From: a virus
Lineage: Duplodnaviria > Heunggongvirae > Uroviricota > Caudoviricetes
Direction: 5' to 3' (one strand)
DNA: 64,000 nt
IMG/VR virus record: IMGVR_UViG_3300045988_149498
A program made the position numbers and the translations under genes. Within the stretch, counting starts at the first letter, position 1, and the number at the start of each line of letters is the position of its first letter. Shown in pieces: positions 18,839 through 28,679 of the stretch. The notes below the pieces were generated by a model. That model saw nothing but the letters and a program-made list of their open reading frames with translations. It was not told the DNA's origin and searched no databases.

Positions 18839-19420
18839 TTACTGGAACGCCCGAACAATATCGGAGCTGTTATATATCGAAGAACCGGTCAACTGGAGGT
18901 TGACGGTGTTTTTCAGGAAATGCCCATTGCTGTCCCTGGGTGCATCGAGATCGAAACTTATGTCCTGGATAGCGACATCAATGATGTTGATCCGGCGACC
19001 AATGTTTAGCGTCACACGCTCCGGGATTCGACCACCAATACTGGCATCTTTAAGTTCCGGGCTAATCATCGCTGACAATGCGGCGATAGCTCCTGAAACC
19101 TCCGTGAATGGGTCAAACAAAGCGATGAAAGTTACTGGCAGCGTGAAAGTCGGCGGTGTTCCCCCCTCCCAAACCATTAAGCTGTTCCAACGGGCCACCG
19201 ACGTTGTTTCAGTACCAACCTGCGCAAAACCACTGAAAGCACCAGCAACAGACCCCATGGACATACCGGTAAACGGCGCTTCCCAATTCTGGGCCATGTT
19301 CATTGCTGCCCCCTGGCTGATATATCCGGTAACCTGGTACTGAGAGTTCGTTAAAGTAACTTTCAGAAATGGCGATACACCATCAGCCTGGCTGTAAACC
19401 CCATAAGGTATAGGTGCCAT
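18839..19420 (-). CDS. Hypothetical structural protein, 193 aa
   Basis: ORF in the same minus-strand structural operon. Confidence 0.4.
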   Translation of the reverse strand: MAPIPYGVYSQADGVSPFLKVTLTNSQYQVTGYISQGAAMNMAQNWEAPFTGMSMGSVAGAFSGFAQVGTETTSVARWNSLMVWEGGTPPTFTLPVTFIALFDPFTEVSGAIAALSAMISPELKDASIGGRIPERVTLNIGRRINIIDVAIQDISFDLDAPRDSNGHFLKNTVNLQLTGSSIYNSSDIVRAFQ

Positions 19421-19455
19421 TCAAGTTAAAGGCCGGAGTTCTCCGGCCTCCTCCT

Positions 19456-20271
19456 TTAGCCAAGGCGCTTACGGCGCAGTTTCATTGACTTTTTGCGGGC
19501 AAGTTTTGCCGCGCCGGTCTGGGCTTTTCGACGCGCTTTTTTCAGCGCCGATTTTTGAGCCGCAGTCAGACGTTTTTTCCGCAGGCGTTTACGGATGAGT
19601 TTGATCTCACCGTTACGAACAACCTTCTTAAATGCTTCAGTCAGCATTTCATCAGAAGTGCCAGCAACAACAAACGCCGCTTCCAGTTCGTCGCGGTCGT
19701 CGCTATCTAAGCCAGCGATAGAGGCACCAACATCAGCAGCAGCGTCGTCGTCTTCATCGTCAGCCAGTGCTTCGATCATGTCATCATCTACACCGCATGC
19801 TGCGAGGAAGTCAGCAACATTTGCCCATGCTTCGTTATAGGCATCGTCCTGTTCTTCTGTAACTTCGGAGTCGTCGTCATCAGAGATACCAGCGATAGCC
19901 TGAACGAAACCATCAAGGGAGTCGAAAGTCAGATCACCGCTATCAGCCCAGGCGAAAACGGCATCGGCCGCATCACTCAACGCATTCTGCATCGCACTTC
20001 GATTTGCAGCTTCCAGAATCATCTGGTGCGCCTGTTCAACGGTCCATTCTTTACCGTCTTTCTCTTCCAGGATTTGCTCAGGAGCCGGATCAGATGGAAC
20101 GTTATCGTTAGTCTGTGCCGCCGGTTCCGGATTATTATTAATAACCGGATCTGTTGGCGGTTCGGCGCTTGCTCGGGCAGACTCCATCAGCTGCACAGGA
20201 TCAGAGTTCAAAGCGAAACGGGACAGTCCATTCCCCAAAAATGCCCCGGATTGAAAAAAGTTTTTGCTCAT
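19456..20271 (-). CDS. Highly acidic protein with Lys/Arg-rich C-terminal tail, 271 aa
   Basis: AAGGGA Shine-Dalgarno site; Asp/Glu-rich body (DDDDSEVTEEQDD, ADDEDDDAAADV) and C-terminal KRLRKKRL...RRKRLG. Confidence 0.45.
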   Translation of the reverse strand: MSKNFFQSGAFLGNGLSRFALNSDPVQLMESARASAEPPTDPVINNNPEPAAQTNDNVPSDPAPEQILEEKDGKEWTVEQAHQMILEAANRSAMQNALSDAADAVFAWADSGDLTFDSLDGFVQAIAGISDDDDSEVTEEQDDAYNEAWANVADFLAACGVDDDMIEALADDEDDDAAADVGASIAGLDSDDRDELEAAFVVAGTSDEMLTEAFKKVVRNGEIKLIRKRLRKKRLTAAQKSALKKARRKAQTGAAKLARKKSMKLRRKRLG

Positions 20272-20280
20272 TGTATTCCC

Positions 20281-21870
20281 TTACTTAATAAGCAGCGGTA
20301 CGCCCTGGATACGACGGGCTACGCCAGTCGGGCAGCAGGCCCAGACTGCTTCCCATTTATCGAATTCCGCCTGCGTAACTTTCAGCACATACGGTTCTGT
20401 ACCGTCAGCATCAGGATCACGAGGAGCCACCAGAGCGCCGGAGGCGACAAAGCGATCTAAAAGTTTGGTCATCCCTTTAGTCAGACCAGCCGCAGTAATA
20501 CCGTCCGGGCTATGCTTCATCTGTCGGGCTAACTGGACAAAGAAACGGCTGATTGCATTCATCAGGGATGGGACGTGCTGGAAGTGCAGATAGTTATCCT
20601 GCGTGCAGCAAGTTAAAGCATCGTCGATGATCATCTGGCCAGAGGTGCCAACAGATACTTTATTGAGACGGCCCTTGACCATTGCTTCTTCGTCCGGGGT
20701 ATCTTCCGGATACAGCGGTTGAATTGACGCACGAGCAATGACGGCACGTTCTTCACCAGCCGGTGAGTAATGCCAACCGCCGACATCAGAGTTTTTCTTG
20801 ACGCCACGAGCTTTCGCCGCATACGCCGAGCCAGACAGACCGAAGACCACACGGGATTGGGTCCATTTGTCTTTGCAGGAGAACGGGAAGTGATAGACAG
20901 CACAGCTTACATAATCGGTACCAAGTAAACCGGTATCTTCAACAGCAGAGATCGCTTCCGTGTACGTCAATGTCGGTTTGACATCAAAGAAGCCATCAAT
21001 CAGGCGATCTGCACAGATTTTACCTAATGCGGTGATAGCCGCATTGTCATAGCAGCCCAAGCCAAGAACAGCGGTGTACATGTACGGCGCATTGTTCAGC
21101 ACTTTCACCGCACGCAGGTACGCAGCGGTTGAGATTTTCGACTGATCACCGTTGGTACCACCAGTGAACGCCAACGATTTTTTATTTGTTACTTTCGCCG
21201 TCGAAATCAGCTCTTCATTAACAACCGCGCGCAGATATTTAGAACGGGCTTCCAGAGCCGTAGGCAGATAACACAAGCGGCCCATGTCATCTTTCGCTTC
21301 TTCCGCCAAAGACACAGTGTGTGTCTCCAGGGTCGTTACCACGCCGAGCGAAGTCGTCTGGGTCAGTTTTAAGAGGAAGCGTTCATTACCCGCGCTGTCC
21401 GCTGTTGCCGTTTCGATGGTTAACTCACGGGTAGGTGAAATACACGGATCACCATCATCAACGTAGATAGCAAAGGCTTCGCCACTATCAAGTTCAATTT
21501 CAGAACCGTATGGCAACGCACTGTAAGCCGGTTCGCCTGATTCATCGAACATAATAATCGGGAACTTCGCATCATCCGGAACAGCACGAACAACATAACC
21601 TGACGTTTGCTGAATAGCTTCGTATACATGGCGAATTGGTTCGAACTGTGAGCCGGAAGACGGCTTCAGCGGTTCGCCGAGAACATCTTCGTAATTGGAC
21701 TCAGTAACCGCAAGAACAGTAAACGGCTTGCCACGCGCAAATACGCCAATACCAGCCCACAAGCTGCTATTTAATGCAACACCGGTAGATAACGTCGCAT
21801 CGGCATTGATCGGGCTAACCGCGACGCCGGATGCATTACCTAATGACTGTTGAATTGAATATTGAGACAT
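20281..21870 (-). CDS. 22: Putative tail sheath protein (P1 gp22-like), 529 aa
   Basis: ~58 kDa ORF directly downstream of the major head gene; size and position match the P1 sheath gene. Assignment from synteny. Confidence 0.5.
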   Translation of the reverse strand: MSQYSIQQSLGNASGVAVSPINADATLSTGVALNSSLWAGIGVFARGKPFTVLAVTESNYEDVLGEPLKPSSGSQFEPIRHVYEAIQQTSGYVVRAVPDDAKFPIIMFDESGEPAYSALPYGSEIELDSGEAFAIYVDDGDPCISPTRELTIETATADSAGNERFLLKLTQTTSLGVVTTLETHTVSLAEEAKDDMGRLCYLPTALEARSKYLRAVVNEELISTAKVTNKKSLAFTGGTNGDQSKISTAAYLRAVKVLNNAPYMYTAVLGLGCYDNAAITALGKICADRLIDGFFDVKPTLTYTEAISAVEDTGLLGTDYVSCAVYHFPFSCKDKWTQSRVVFGLSGSAYAAKARGVKKNSDVGGWHYSPAGEERAVIARASIQPLYPEDTPDEEAMVKGRLNKVSVGTSGQMIIDDALTCCTQDNYLHFQHVPSLMNAISRFFVQLARQMKHSPDGITAAGLTKGMTKLLDRFVASGALVAPRDPDADGTEPYVLKVTQAEFDKWEAVWACCPTGVARRIQGVPLLIK

Positions 21871-21930
21871 AACTTTCCCTGTTATGCGCCCCGCACGGGG
21901 GCGCTATGTTAAACGGAGAACTTCCCCTGA

Positions 21931-23658
21931 TTACTCAGAGTCACCGGCATCAATCGTGTCGCCGCTTATGAAGTTAAGCCCGCCTTTTTTGGCCATTGTC
22001 AGCGTTACACGAGTGAAGTAATCAGCGCCGTTGCGTGGGTGCATATCGTTGATAGCCGAACCCCACAGCGTGGTACGGTTGACCAGCGCCGGAGTGGTCG
22101 GATGCTGGAACGGGATGGCCGGGACAGCATCACCAGTCACGAAGCCTGCTTTACCCGGATTTTCATCACGGACGTAGCACAGCACATCCATCGAGCTGAA
22201 CTGAATGTTCTCTGTCGTTAAGTTCTTACAAATACCAGCAGGTACTTCGTACACTTTCACGTTACCGAACAGGGTACCGATGTAGTGAACATACGGAGTC
22301 TGGATATAGTCTTCGGCTGGCTGGAAGAAATCCTTCGGCAACTGTTTGAAGAAAGATGCTGCATCAGCACCAGCAAACATCCCCATCGCACCAGAAGATT
22401 TAACGCGCTCAATAATGTCGCGATATACAGTCTGGAATTTGCCACGAATGATGGTTGCCCATACATCAAAGGACTGGTTAACCGGCAGAGCGATGTCAAA
22501 GGTGTCGGTCGCAAGAGTGCGCCAGATCATGATGCGAAGACGCAGCATATCCTGTTCATGAGACAGGTATTCCTTCAGGGTGCGGAACTGTAGGGAACCC
22601 AGGTCCAGACCAAATTCACGCTGTGCTTCATACGCCGCCTGTACCGTGTGCTCAGCCGCGATAACGAACTGACTTGGGAACAGGGTGTATTTCTTCATTT
22701 CGTGGTTGATCAGCGGGATCAGCTCAGGAGCGGCTTCAATATTGATTTCCGTCTCAATTGCGATCTCAGTGCCTTTATCCGGCGCTTTGGAGAACGACAG
22801 GGCAATCTGACCAATGTTGTAGTTCAGAGAGCAGGTAACAGTGATTTGCTCACCAGCAGCATTAGTAAACGAGTGAAGTAGGCTGCCGGAACCGTTATCA
22901 ACAACAGACTTAATACGGTTAACGTAGATGTTAGTGCGACCTTTTCGGATTGGTACATTCTGGCCTTCGAAGTCTTCCATCTTGAAGGTTGCGGTTTTGC
23001 TGGTGCCATCGGAGCTTGCCACCAGCACATAGCGGCGGCGTAACTGGCTGTACACACCGACGGATTGCATGTCCAGAACATCACCAGCAGCATAAGAACC
23101 AAAAGAGGAACCTGCCACGTTAAAGACTTCATAGATGTCGGACTGGTCACGCGTAACCGGAATGAAGGTACACGCATCAGCGGTAGCTGCCCCCAACTGA
23201 ACAGGCAGGATCATCGCGAGGAATAAAGGCAGACGCATAACACCGTCAGAAACGCTCATCATCTCTGCTGCGACGGATTCCAGCATCGCTTTATTAGTGG
23301 CATCCATGCTATTGCGGGTGGACTCAATCAGGCAGTTTTCCAGCGTCTGGTGGCAGGAGGCCAGAATTTCCGGACGCGGCATAGATTTATGTGCTGCGGC
23401 GTAGTCAGCCAGTGCACTTGCCCACGCGGTAGCAATTTGAGCGGTGGCATTATCAGAGATACCCGCAAAAATTGGGTCTTTACGTGCAGCTTCAAGGATA
23501 GATGCGGCACGCGCGGCATCATCTTTGATGAATTGGTTATCAGTACCGAACTGTGCTGTACTTGCCCAGCCAAGAACGGCTTTAGAGCGTTTTGCGATAT
23601 CTGCAATACGATTCTGGTATTCGCGTAAGTTACTCAAGTTACTCTTCCTTAAACACAA
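21931..23658 (-). CDS. 23: Putative major head protein (P1 gp23-like), 575 aa; start codon uncertain
   Basis: ~63 kDa ORF adjacent to parS; ORF begins with TTG, the true start may be a TTG ~21 nt downstream after AAGGAAG; GC-rich hairpin at ~21886-21904 follows the gene. Confidence 0.5.
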   Translation of the reverse strand: MCLRKSNLSNLREYQNRIADIAKRSKAVLGWASTAQFGTDNQFIKDDAARAASILEAARKDPIFAGISDNATAQIATAWASALADYAAAHKSMPRPEILASCHQTLENCLIESTRNSMDATNKAMLESVAAEMMSVSDGVMRLPLFLAMILPVQLGAATADACTFIPVTRDQSDIYEVFNVAGSSFGSYAAGDVLDMQSVGVYSQLRRRYVLVASSDGTSKTATFKMEDFEGQNVPIRKGRTNIYVNRIKSVVDNGSGSLLHSFTNAAGEQITVTCSLNYNIGQIALSFSKAPDKGTEIAIETEINIEAAPELIPLINHEMKKYTLFPSQFVIAAEHTVQAAYEAQREFGLDLGSLQFRTLKEYLSHEQDMLRLRIMIWRTLATDTFDIALPVNQSFDVWATIIRGKFQTVYRDIIERVKSSGAMGMFAGADAASFFKQLPKDFFQPAEDYIQTPYVHYIGTLFGNVKVYEVPAGICKNLTTENIQFSSMDVLCYVRDENPGKAGFVTGDAVPAIPFQHPTTPALVNRTTLWGSAINDMHPRNGADYFTRVTLTMAKKGGLNFISGDTIDAGDSE

Positions 23659-23689
23659 GGCACTTGTGTGAATCCCTTTTCGGAAGAGA

Positions 23690-23830
23690 TTTTATTGAAA
23701 GTCACTTGTTGACTTTCTCGCGAAAAGTAATTTTTTAAATTTTTTGTGCGGGGAAGTGGACGGTGAATGCAGGCGTTAAATCGTGGGAATTTCAGTCTGA
23801 AATTCTCCTAAAAAACACATGCAAATCATA
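23690..23830. other. Candidate parS partition site
   Basis: Non-coding region just downstream of parB with palindromes GAAAGTCA...TGACTTTC and GAATTTCAG..TGAAATTC and AT-rich spacer. Boundaries approximate. Confidence 0.4.
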
Positions 23831-23901
23831 ATGTTAGCAATGAAATTGGTGCGGGACATTTTAGGAAGGGGAGGGGCTAACACCACCTCCCACCAGCGGG
23901 A

Positions 23902-24867
23902 TTATTCCCCAGCAGACATTTTCCCAATGATTTTTTTTATTGCTTCGTCAATTTCAGTTTGCACTTCAGACGGGAGTCTGGAGAACTCGTAGGCGACAAC
24001 CCGTTTTTTCGGATCGGACTTCTTTCGAGCATATTGGCGACGGTCAGAGAAGTCTCGCAGCTTCTCAACCACCACAGATTTAACCGGCGCGGGCTTCAGG
24101 CTTTTGCTTTCCGCTTTGAAGATAGCCAGTATCTTCGCTTTATCCTCTTTCGCGCCCTCAGTCTCTGCAATTCGTTCGCGCACCGTATCAACCAGCTCTT
24201 CAATAGGCACGCTTTTAGCGTTGGCATCCTCGGAGATCTGGAGCAGTAACTGGTAATCTGGCAGGGCGAGATCGCTGGCAACAGGGAAGACAGCAATCAT
24301 CTCATCCGGCACCGCTGCCGCCTGGAACGCGCGCGTAACTTTAGCCTTTGAAATGTTCTCAGCGCGGGCGATCTCTTCTTTGGTCATGCTCTTACCATAC
24401 ATAACCTCGAAGCGTTTACCCAGTTCGCGCAGGGTGTGTTCGCGGGCTGTCTGGATATCAATGGCCAGCTGGCGTGCATCCGCCAGGCTGATCTCATCTT
24501 TCGTCACCAGAATCTCAAATTTCGTTTCATTGAAGATACACGCAGCGCGGCGACGTGATCCGTCCAATACCTCAATGCGCTCCCCAACCATACGACCGAT
24601 AGCCGGGAAGAACTGTTGCAATTTAATGGTGCGGGAAATATCGCTTACCGACTCAGGGGTGAGCAGAGACTGATCGCGGCCGTTAACTGCCGGGTCAACG
24701 AACGTGCGCGACTCAATCTCACCACTCAGCACAACGGTAAGCAAAAATTTAGCCTGGCGGCCAGATTTTAGGGTAAAGGTTTTGGTGCCTTCACTGCCTT
24801 CAAGCATGCGAGCAAACTCGGAGCTATTCTTGCCCAGCACTCGTCCACGGGAAACTATTTTTTTCAT
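23902..24867 (-). CDS. parB: ParB partition protein, 321 aa
   Basis: ParB-type protein translationally coupled to parA (ATGA overlap) and followed by a parS-like region. Confidence 0.85.
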   Translation of the reverse strand: MKKIVSRGRVLGKNSSEFARMLEGSEGTKTFTLKSGRQAKFLLTVVLSGEIESRTFVDPAVNGRDQSLLTPESVSDISRTIKLQQFFPAIGRMVGERIEVLDGSRRRAACIFNETKFEILVTKDEISLADARQLAIDIQTAREHTLRELGKRFEVMYGKSMTKEEIARAENISKAKVTRAFQAAAVPDEMIAVFPVASDLALPDYQLLLQISEDANAKSVPIEELVDTVRERIAETEGAKEDKAKILAIFKAESKSLKPAPVKSVVVEKLRDFSDRRQYARKKSDPKKRVVAYEFSRLPSEVQTEIDEAIKKIIGKMSAGE

Positions 24868-26075
24868 GCCGCCTCACCCCTAACAAACTCAATTCGATCA
24901 AACACAGCCTTAGTGAAACGCTCGGCCTCGGTTCGAGCCTTCTTCAGCGCCTCTGCACTGCCTGGATACGATTGCGGGTTGGCACTGATTACGGTGTCGA
25001 AAGACTCGCCGCATCGCTCAAATCCATCCAGACGAGGTAGAGAAGAGTCCAGAATGTTGCTGGCGTAAACCTCACGCGCAAGGCTGTGTGATGTCTCGTG
25101 ATCGCGCTTGCCGGTCATCTTCGACATAAAACCAATGCTGGCGCTTAAACGCGGTTCTACGCCTTCCTCCTCCAGTTGCTCCAGCATTTCTGGCAGACGG
25201 GTGAGATATTTCAGTGTTGAGTGGAAGTCAACCTGGGCTGGTGGGGTAGGGGTAAGCAGCAAATCGCTGGCCGCCAGACCGTTGAGCAGGAACGGATCCA
25301 GGTGTGGACCGGTATCAATAAAGATAAAGTCATAATCATCCGCAACACGATCAATGATATTGCGTCGAAGGATTTCGTACTGATTTTGTCCGGGAAGATG
25401 CTCTTCAACCAGCTCTTTCCATTGGCTGGCAACAAAGCCATCGTCGATAGAGGCTGGAATCACGTCTACGCCAGGAACGATGGTCGGACGAATCACCTCT
25501 TTGCGTAGCGTCTCCGCGTCCAGGTCGTTCAGCATCGCCTGCGCGGCGGTTTCCAGGATGGAACCAATACTGTGAGTATGGTCGAGGAACATTGTGCTGG
25601 ATGCCTGAGGGTCAAGGTCAATTACCAGAATGCGCAGATCGTGACGCAGTAAATCCTGATGCACACGCAGAGCGTGCGCCAACGTGACTGTGGAAACCGT
25701 TTTGGATACGCCACCCTTCAGGTTTACGACAAAAATAACGTAAGGCGATTTGTGAATGTCGCGATATTTTGGGATCTTACGGTGGGCATAGATATCAATG
25801 ACGTTCTGGATGGTCAGCGCGTACTGTTCAACGTTACCGACCTGTTTCTTGTTGAACTGGTACCCATCATCTTCCATCTCTTTGATGGCCTGCTCCACAA
25901 TGCGGCGGCTCAGCTTCGGCAACTTTGCCACAGCGTTACGAGTGAACGTCTGATAATACTCGGTCTGATTGAACTCTTTGCGCTGATCTTCAATATCCTG
26001 ACTCATGGCCTTAAGTAATGCGCTTGCACGAAGAGCTATGGTGCCGACACCGCCGTAATCGCGTTTCATCATCAT
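24864..26075 (-). CDS. parA: ParA partition ATPase, 403 aa
   Basis: Deviant Walker A motif NLKGGVSKT; strong similarity to P1 ParA as recalled (VIFxxNLKGGVSKTVSTVxLAHA...RILVIDLDPQ). Confidence 0.9.
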   Translation of the reverse strand: MMMKRDYGGVGTIALRASALLKAMSQDIEDQRKEFNQTEYYQTFTRNAVAKLPKLSRRIVEQAIKEMEDDGYQFNKKQVGNVEQYALTIQNVIDIYAHRKIPKYRDIHKSPYVIFVVNLKGGVSKTVSTVTLAHALRVHQDLLRHDLRILVIDLDPQASSTMFLDHTHSIGSILETAAQAMLNDLDAETLRKEVIRPTIVPGVDVIPASIDDGFVASQWKELVEEHLPGQNQYEILRRNIIDRVADDYDFIFIDTGPHLDPFLLNGLAASDLLLTPTPPAQVDFHSTLKYLTRLPEMLEQLEEEGVEPRLSASIGFMSKMTGKRDHETSHSLAREVYASNILDSSLPRLDGFERCGESFDTVISANPQSYPGSAEALKKARTEAERFTKAVFDRIEFVRGEAA

Positions 26076-26183
26076 CTCCTTATCATTTCGTATGAGTGAA
26101 TTGTACGTTTGATTCTGCTACGTGCAACTTATTTTGATTCGTGCGTAAATTATTGCACGTAAAGAAATAGCGATGAGGCTATT

Positions 26184-26470
26184 AGATGTGTGCTGGAGGG
26201 ATGATGCAGGACCAGAATGTGCGATAGAGGGAAGTCGCATTGAATTATGTGTTGTGGAGGGATCGCTGGTATCAAATATGTGCGCTGAAGGGAAAGATAG
26301 AAGATTAGATGTGCGCTGGAGGGAAACTTGGATGGTTAGATGTGTGCTGGAGGGAATGTCTGGGCAAACTGCGTGGCGCAACCCTCCAGCGCACACCAAA
26401 AACAGGAAAATGGGCAGGCATTCCCGGCAGCGCACATTTTTCAAATGCAGCTGCCCTCCAGCACACACTT
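26184..26470. repeat. incA copy-control iterons (nine ~19-bp RepA-binding repeats)
   Basis: Repeats of GATGTGTGCTGGAGGGA: six in one orientation (26184-26355) and three inverted (26378-26468), directly downstream of repA. Confidence 0.8.
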
Positions 26471-27329
26471 ATTCGGGAAGTTTCAGCTTTGGATTGCGAG
26501 AATGGACGATTACAAAACTTTCCCGGCCTTTCTTCTCAATTGAACAGTCGAGATAGCCGATTGTTTTAAGCTGTTCTATCGCTTTCTTAATGATACGGTT
26601 TTGCTCGCCAACAGCTGACTGCAAAGCCAGGCGCTCACGGATTCGCGCGAACGATAGCGGCAACGGGTTCTGCGGAAGGCTTTCGATGAAAGTGTAAATG
26701 GCTTGTGCAGCTTCTTTCTTCGGAAGAGCACGCAAGGCGTGGTGTTGCAACAGAACGCGATAATCAAGCTGGAACAGCTCCCAGAGCTTCGAATCGGCCT
26801 CCAGCTCTATCAGATCAAGGTCAGCATCAAAACGCCCGACCTTCAGCAGACCAGTCTGATAGCCGCCTTTAGCATCTTTTCCGCGCTTAAAAGCGATACC
26901 CTTGTTACGCAAGCGTCCAAGTGATTCATGAATGGTTAAACGCAGTTTCGCATCCAGACGTTTTGAGGGGAAACCACAGGCTTTAGCGAACTCCTGAAAC
27001 GATAACTGGATGGTGTTTGAAGACAAGCCGTATTTGCTGAACGCGTAGATGACACCGATCCACGTTTTGAAATCAGTATCCATATCGAGTCGAGGACCGG
27101 TGATTTTAATATCATCGTAACCCTCGGCTTTAGCTATCTCCAGCTGGGAAAACGCTTTGGTGGCATCAATCTCTTTACTTTCTCCTTTGCTCTTTGATGG
27201 CTTCGGAACGAATACCCCCAAGCGCATCAACGCTACAGGCTGCACAGTGTTGTTTGAATTAACTGTTAGTTCTTTTGCCTTACTTTCAATGTCTGCGTAA
27301 AGAATATCGGAGATAAATGATTGATTCAT
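26469..27329 (-). CDS. repA: RepA plasmid replication initiator, 286 aa
   Basis: Flanked by incC and incA iterons; N-terminus MNQSFISDILYADIESKAKEL matches P1 RepA as recalled. Confidence 0.9.
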   Translation of the reverse strand: MNQSFISDILYADIESKAKELTVNSNNTVQPVALMRLGVFVPKPSKSKGESKEIDATKAFSQLEIAKAEGYDDIKITGPRLDMDTDFKTWIGVIYAFSKYGLSSNTIQLSFQEFAKACGFPSKRLDAKLRLTIHESLGRLRNKGIAFKRGKDAKGGYQTGLLKVGRFDADLDLIELEADSKLWELFQLDYRVLLQHHALRALPKKEAAQAIYTFIESLPQNPLPLSFARIRERLALQSAVGEQNRIIKKAIEQLKTIGYLDCSIEKKGRESFVIVHSRNPKLKLPE

Positions 27330-27610
27330 ATTACTTTTTCCGAATTATGTGGATAGTTTTTATAAGTGATGATAACTACCCAGGCTTTCCCGTCAGCACA
27401 CATCCTATATCCCGCCAGCACACATTAGCAACCCGTCAGCACACATTTTTATCCCGCCAGCACACATCGTTTTCCCTCCAGCACACATCGCGATACACTT
27501 CTAGGCCAGATGTGGCGCGGCCTGCAACGATCAGGGATCTATATGGATCTAATTGGGATCTGTATGGACCTAATTATTGGATCTATCCAGTGGATAATGT
27601 GGATAAGTGA
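27330..27610. promoter_or_regulatory. oriR plasmid origin: five incC iterons, GATC cluster and DnaA boxes
   Basis: Five CCCGCCAGCACACAT-type iterons (27388-27489), five GATC sites (27528-27585) and tandem DnaA boxes TGTGGATAA (27586-27606). Confidence 0.8.
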
Positions 27611-27647
27611 AAAACCGGCCAACAAAGCCGGTTGGAAGGAAGCTGTA

Positions 27648-28040
27648 TTATTCTATGCTTTCGATGAGAAGACCATGTTCATAACATTTAAGCTCATCGC
27701 CTTCGTACAGGAATTGGTATCCAATACCACCATCTTCATGGACATTAGGGAATAACTCATAACTCACTGAAGAGCAAATCACACCAATACAGCGATCAAC
27801 GCCTTCTCGTTCTTCAGTGCTGAAAAAATCCTCTTCGGTAAGAACATGAGTACATTGCTCATCAGCATAGGTCGGAAATACATGCTCAATGCAATCCGGG
27901 TGTTTTAAACCAAGCTGATCGGCAAGCTCGAAAGCACGACGGTATTGTTCAGATCCTGGCTTGCCAACAGTGATTTGCTCAATTTTGTAGATTGAAGTCG
28001 CTTTGTTGATAGTTTGCTTTACTGTTACTTTATCAGACAT
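27648..28040 (-). CDS. Hypothetical protein (upfA-like), 130 aa
   Basis: ORF immediately upstream of oriR on the minus strand. Confidence 0.4.
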   Translation of the reverse strand: MSDKVTVKQTINKATSIYKIEQITVGKPGSEQYRRAFELADQLGLKHPDCIEHVFPTYADEQCTHVLTEEDFFSTEEREGVDRCIGVICSSVSYELFPNVHEDGGIGYQFLYEGDELKCYEHGLLIESIE

Positions 28041-28051
28041 AAAAATCCCTT

Positions 28052-28384
28052 TTAGTTACCGCTAATAGCTCGGTTGTAATCATTAACGTTGCGATTCTTC
28101 CTGTTAATCCCCATCAGCATCGTTTCTGTATCGAGGATATACGCTGGCAGATCATCAAAATATTCACTGCTAAACTCTGGCATCCTGCACATAAATGCAC
28201 TTTTTGGGTCAGGGTGGTTAACCTTTGTCGGCGTCGGCGTTAAATTCGCTGATCGACTCCCGGAGCAACCGCTGAGTGTCAGCAGGAATACGCTGGCGAA
28301 CATTACCCGCCGCAACCAGTTGTTTCTGAACTTCAGCTTTTCGTTCCATTTGCCTGTCAGCATATTTGGCTTGTTCTGATTCAT
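28052..28384 (-). CDS. mlp: Small lipoprotein (mlp-like; candidate outer-membrane spanin)
   Basis: Lipoprotein signal with lipobox LTLSGC; short Pro-rich mature part; 5' end overlaps the 3' end of the upstream coiled-coil membrane gene in another frame. Confidence 0.5.
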   Translation of the reverse strand: MNQNKPNMLTGKWNEKLKFRNNWLRRVMFASVFLLTLSGCSGSRSANLTPTPTKVNHPDPKSAFMCRMPEFSSEYFDDLPAYILDTETMLMGINRKNRNVNDYNRAISGN

Positions 28385-28667
28385 TTTTCACTTCCTGGCT
28401 GTGAAAATGTTGCTCTGCTTTGTTCATCGTCTCAATGGTCTGGTTAAGATCCATTATTGACTTATCACGTTCCTTAACAGCCTGATCAAGACTGCCAATT
28501 TTCTCCATGGCTTGCTTTAGCTGATGACGTTCCCATGCAAACCCAGCACCAACAAGTGCGCAAATCAGAACAAGAACACCAGTAGCAGCAAGTTTCTCCT
28601 TCAAAGACAAAGCTGTTTTTAACGTAGAAAAGAATGACATGTCTTCCTCCTGAAGAAAAATTATCAA
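28218..28667 (-). CDS. Membrane-anchored coiled-coil protein (ppfA-like; candidate inner-membrane spanin), 149 aa
   Basis: N-terminal transmembrane helix (GVLVLICALVGAGFAW) followed by a periplasmic coiled coil; overlapped by the lipoprotein gene. Confidence 0.45.
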   Translation of the reverse strand: MIIFLQEEDMSFFSTLKTALSLKEKLAATGVLVLICALVGAGFAWERHQLKQAMEKIGSLDQAVKERDKSIMDLNQTIETMNKAEQHFHSQEVKNESEQAKYADRQMERKAEVQKQLVAAGNVRQRIPADTQRLLRESISEFNADADKG

Positions 28668-28679
28668 TGAAGTCCTTTG

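Noticed and set aside
26118-26470. Regularly spaced ~19-bp direct repeats that could be mistaken for a CRISPR array, and a 116-aa minus-strand ORF across them
   Set aside because: The repeats are RepA iterons (incA): they sit directly after repA, three of the nine are inverted, spacing is irregular, and an oriR with iterons, GATC sites and DnaA boxes lies on the other side of repA. The ORF is an artefact of the repeats.
27317-27610. 97-aa plus-strand ORF
   Set aside because: It spans the incC iterons and DnaA boxes of oriR; it reads through a repeat-rich origin and is not a gene.
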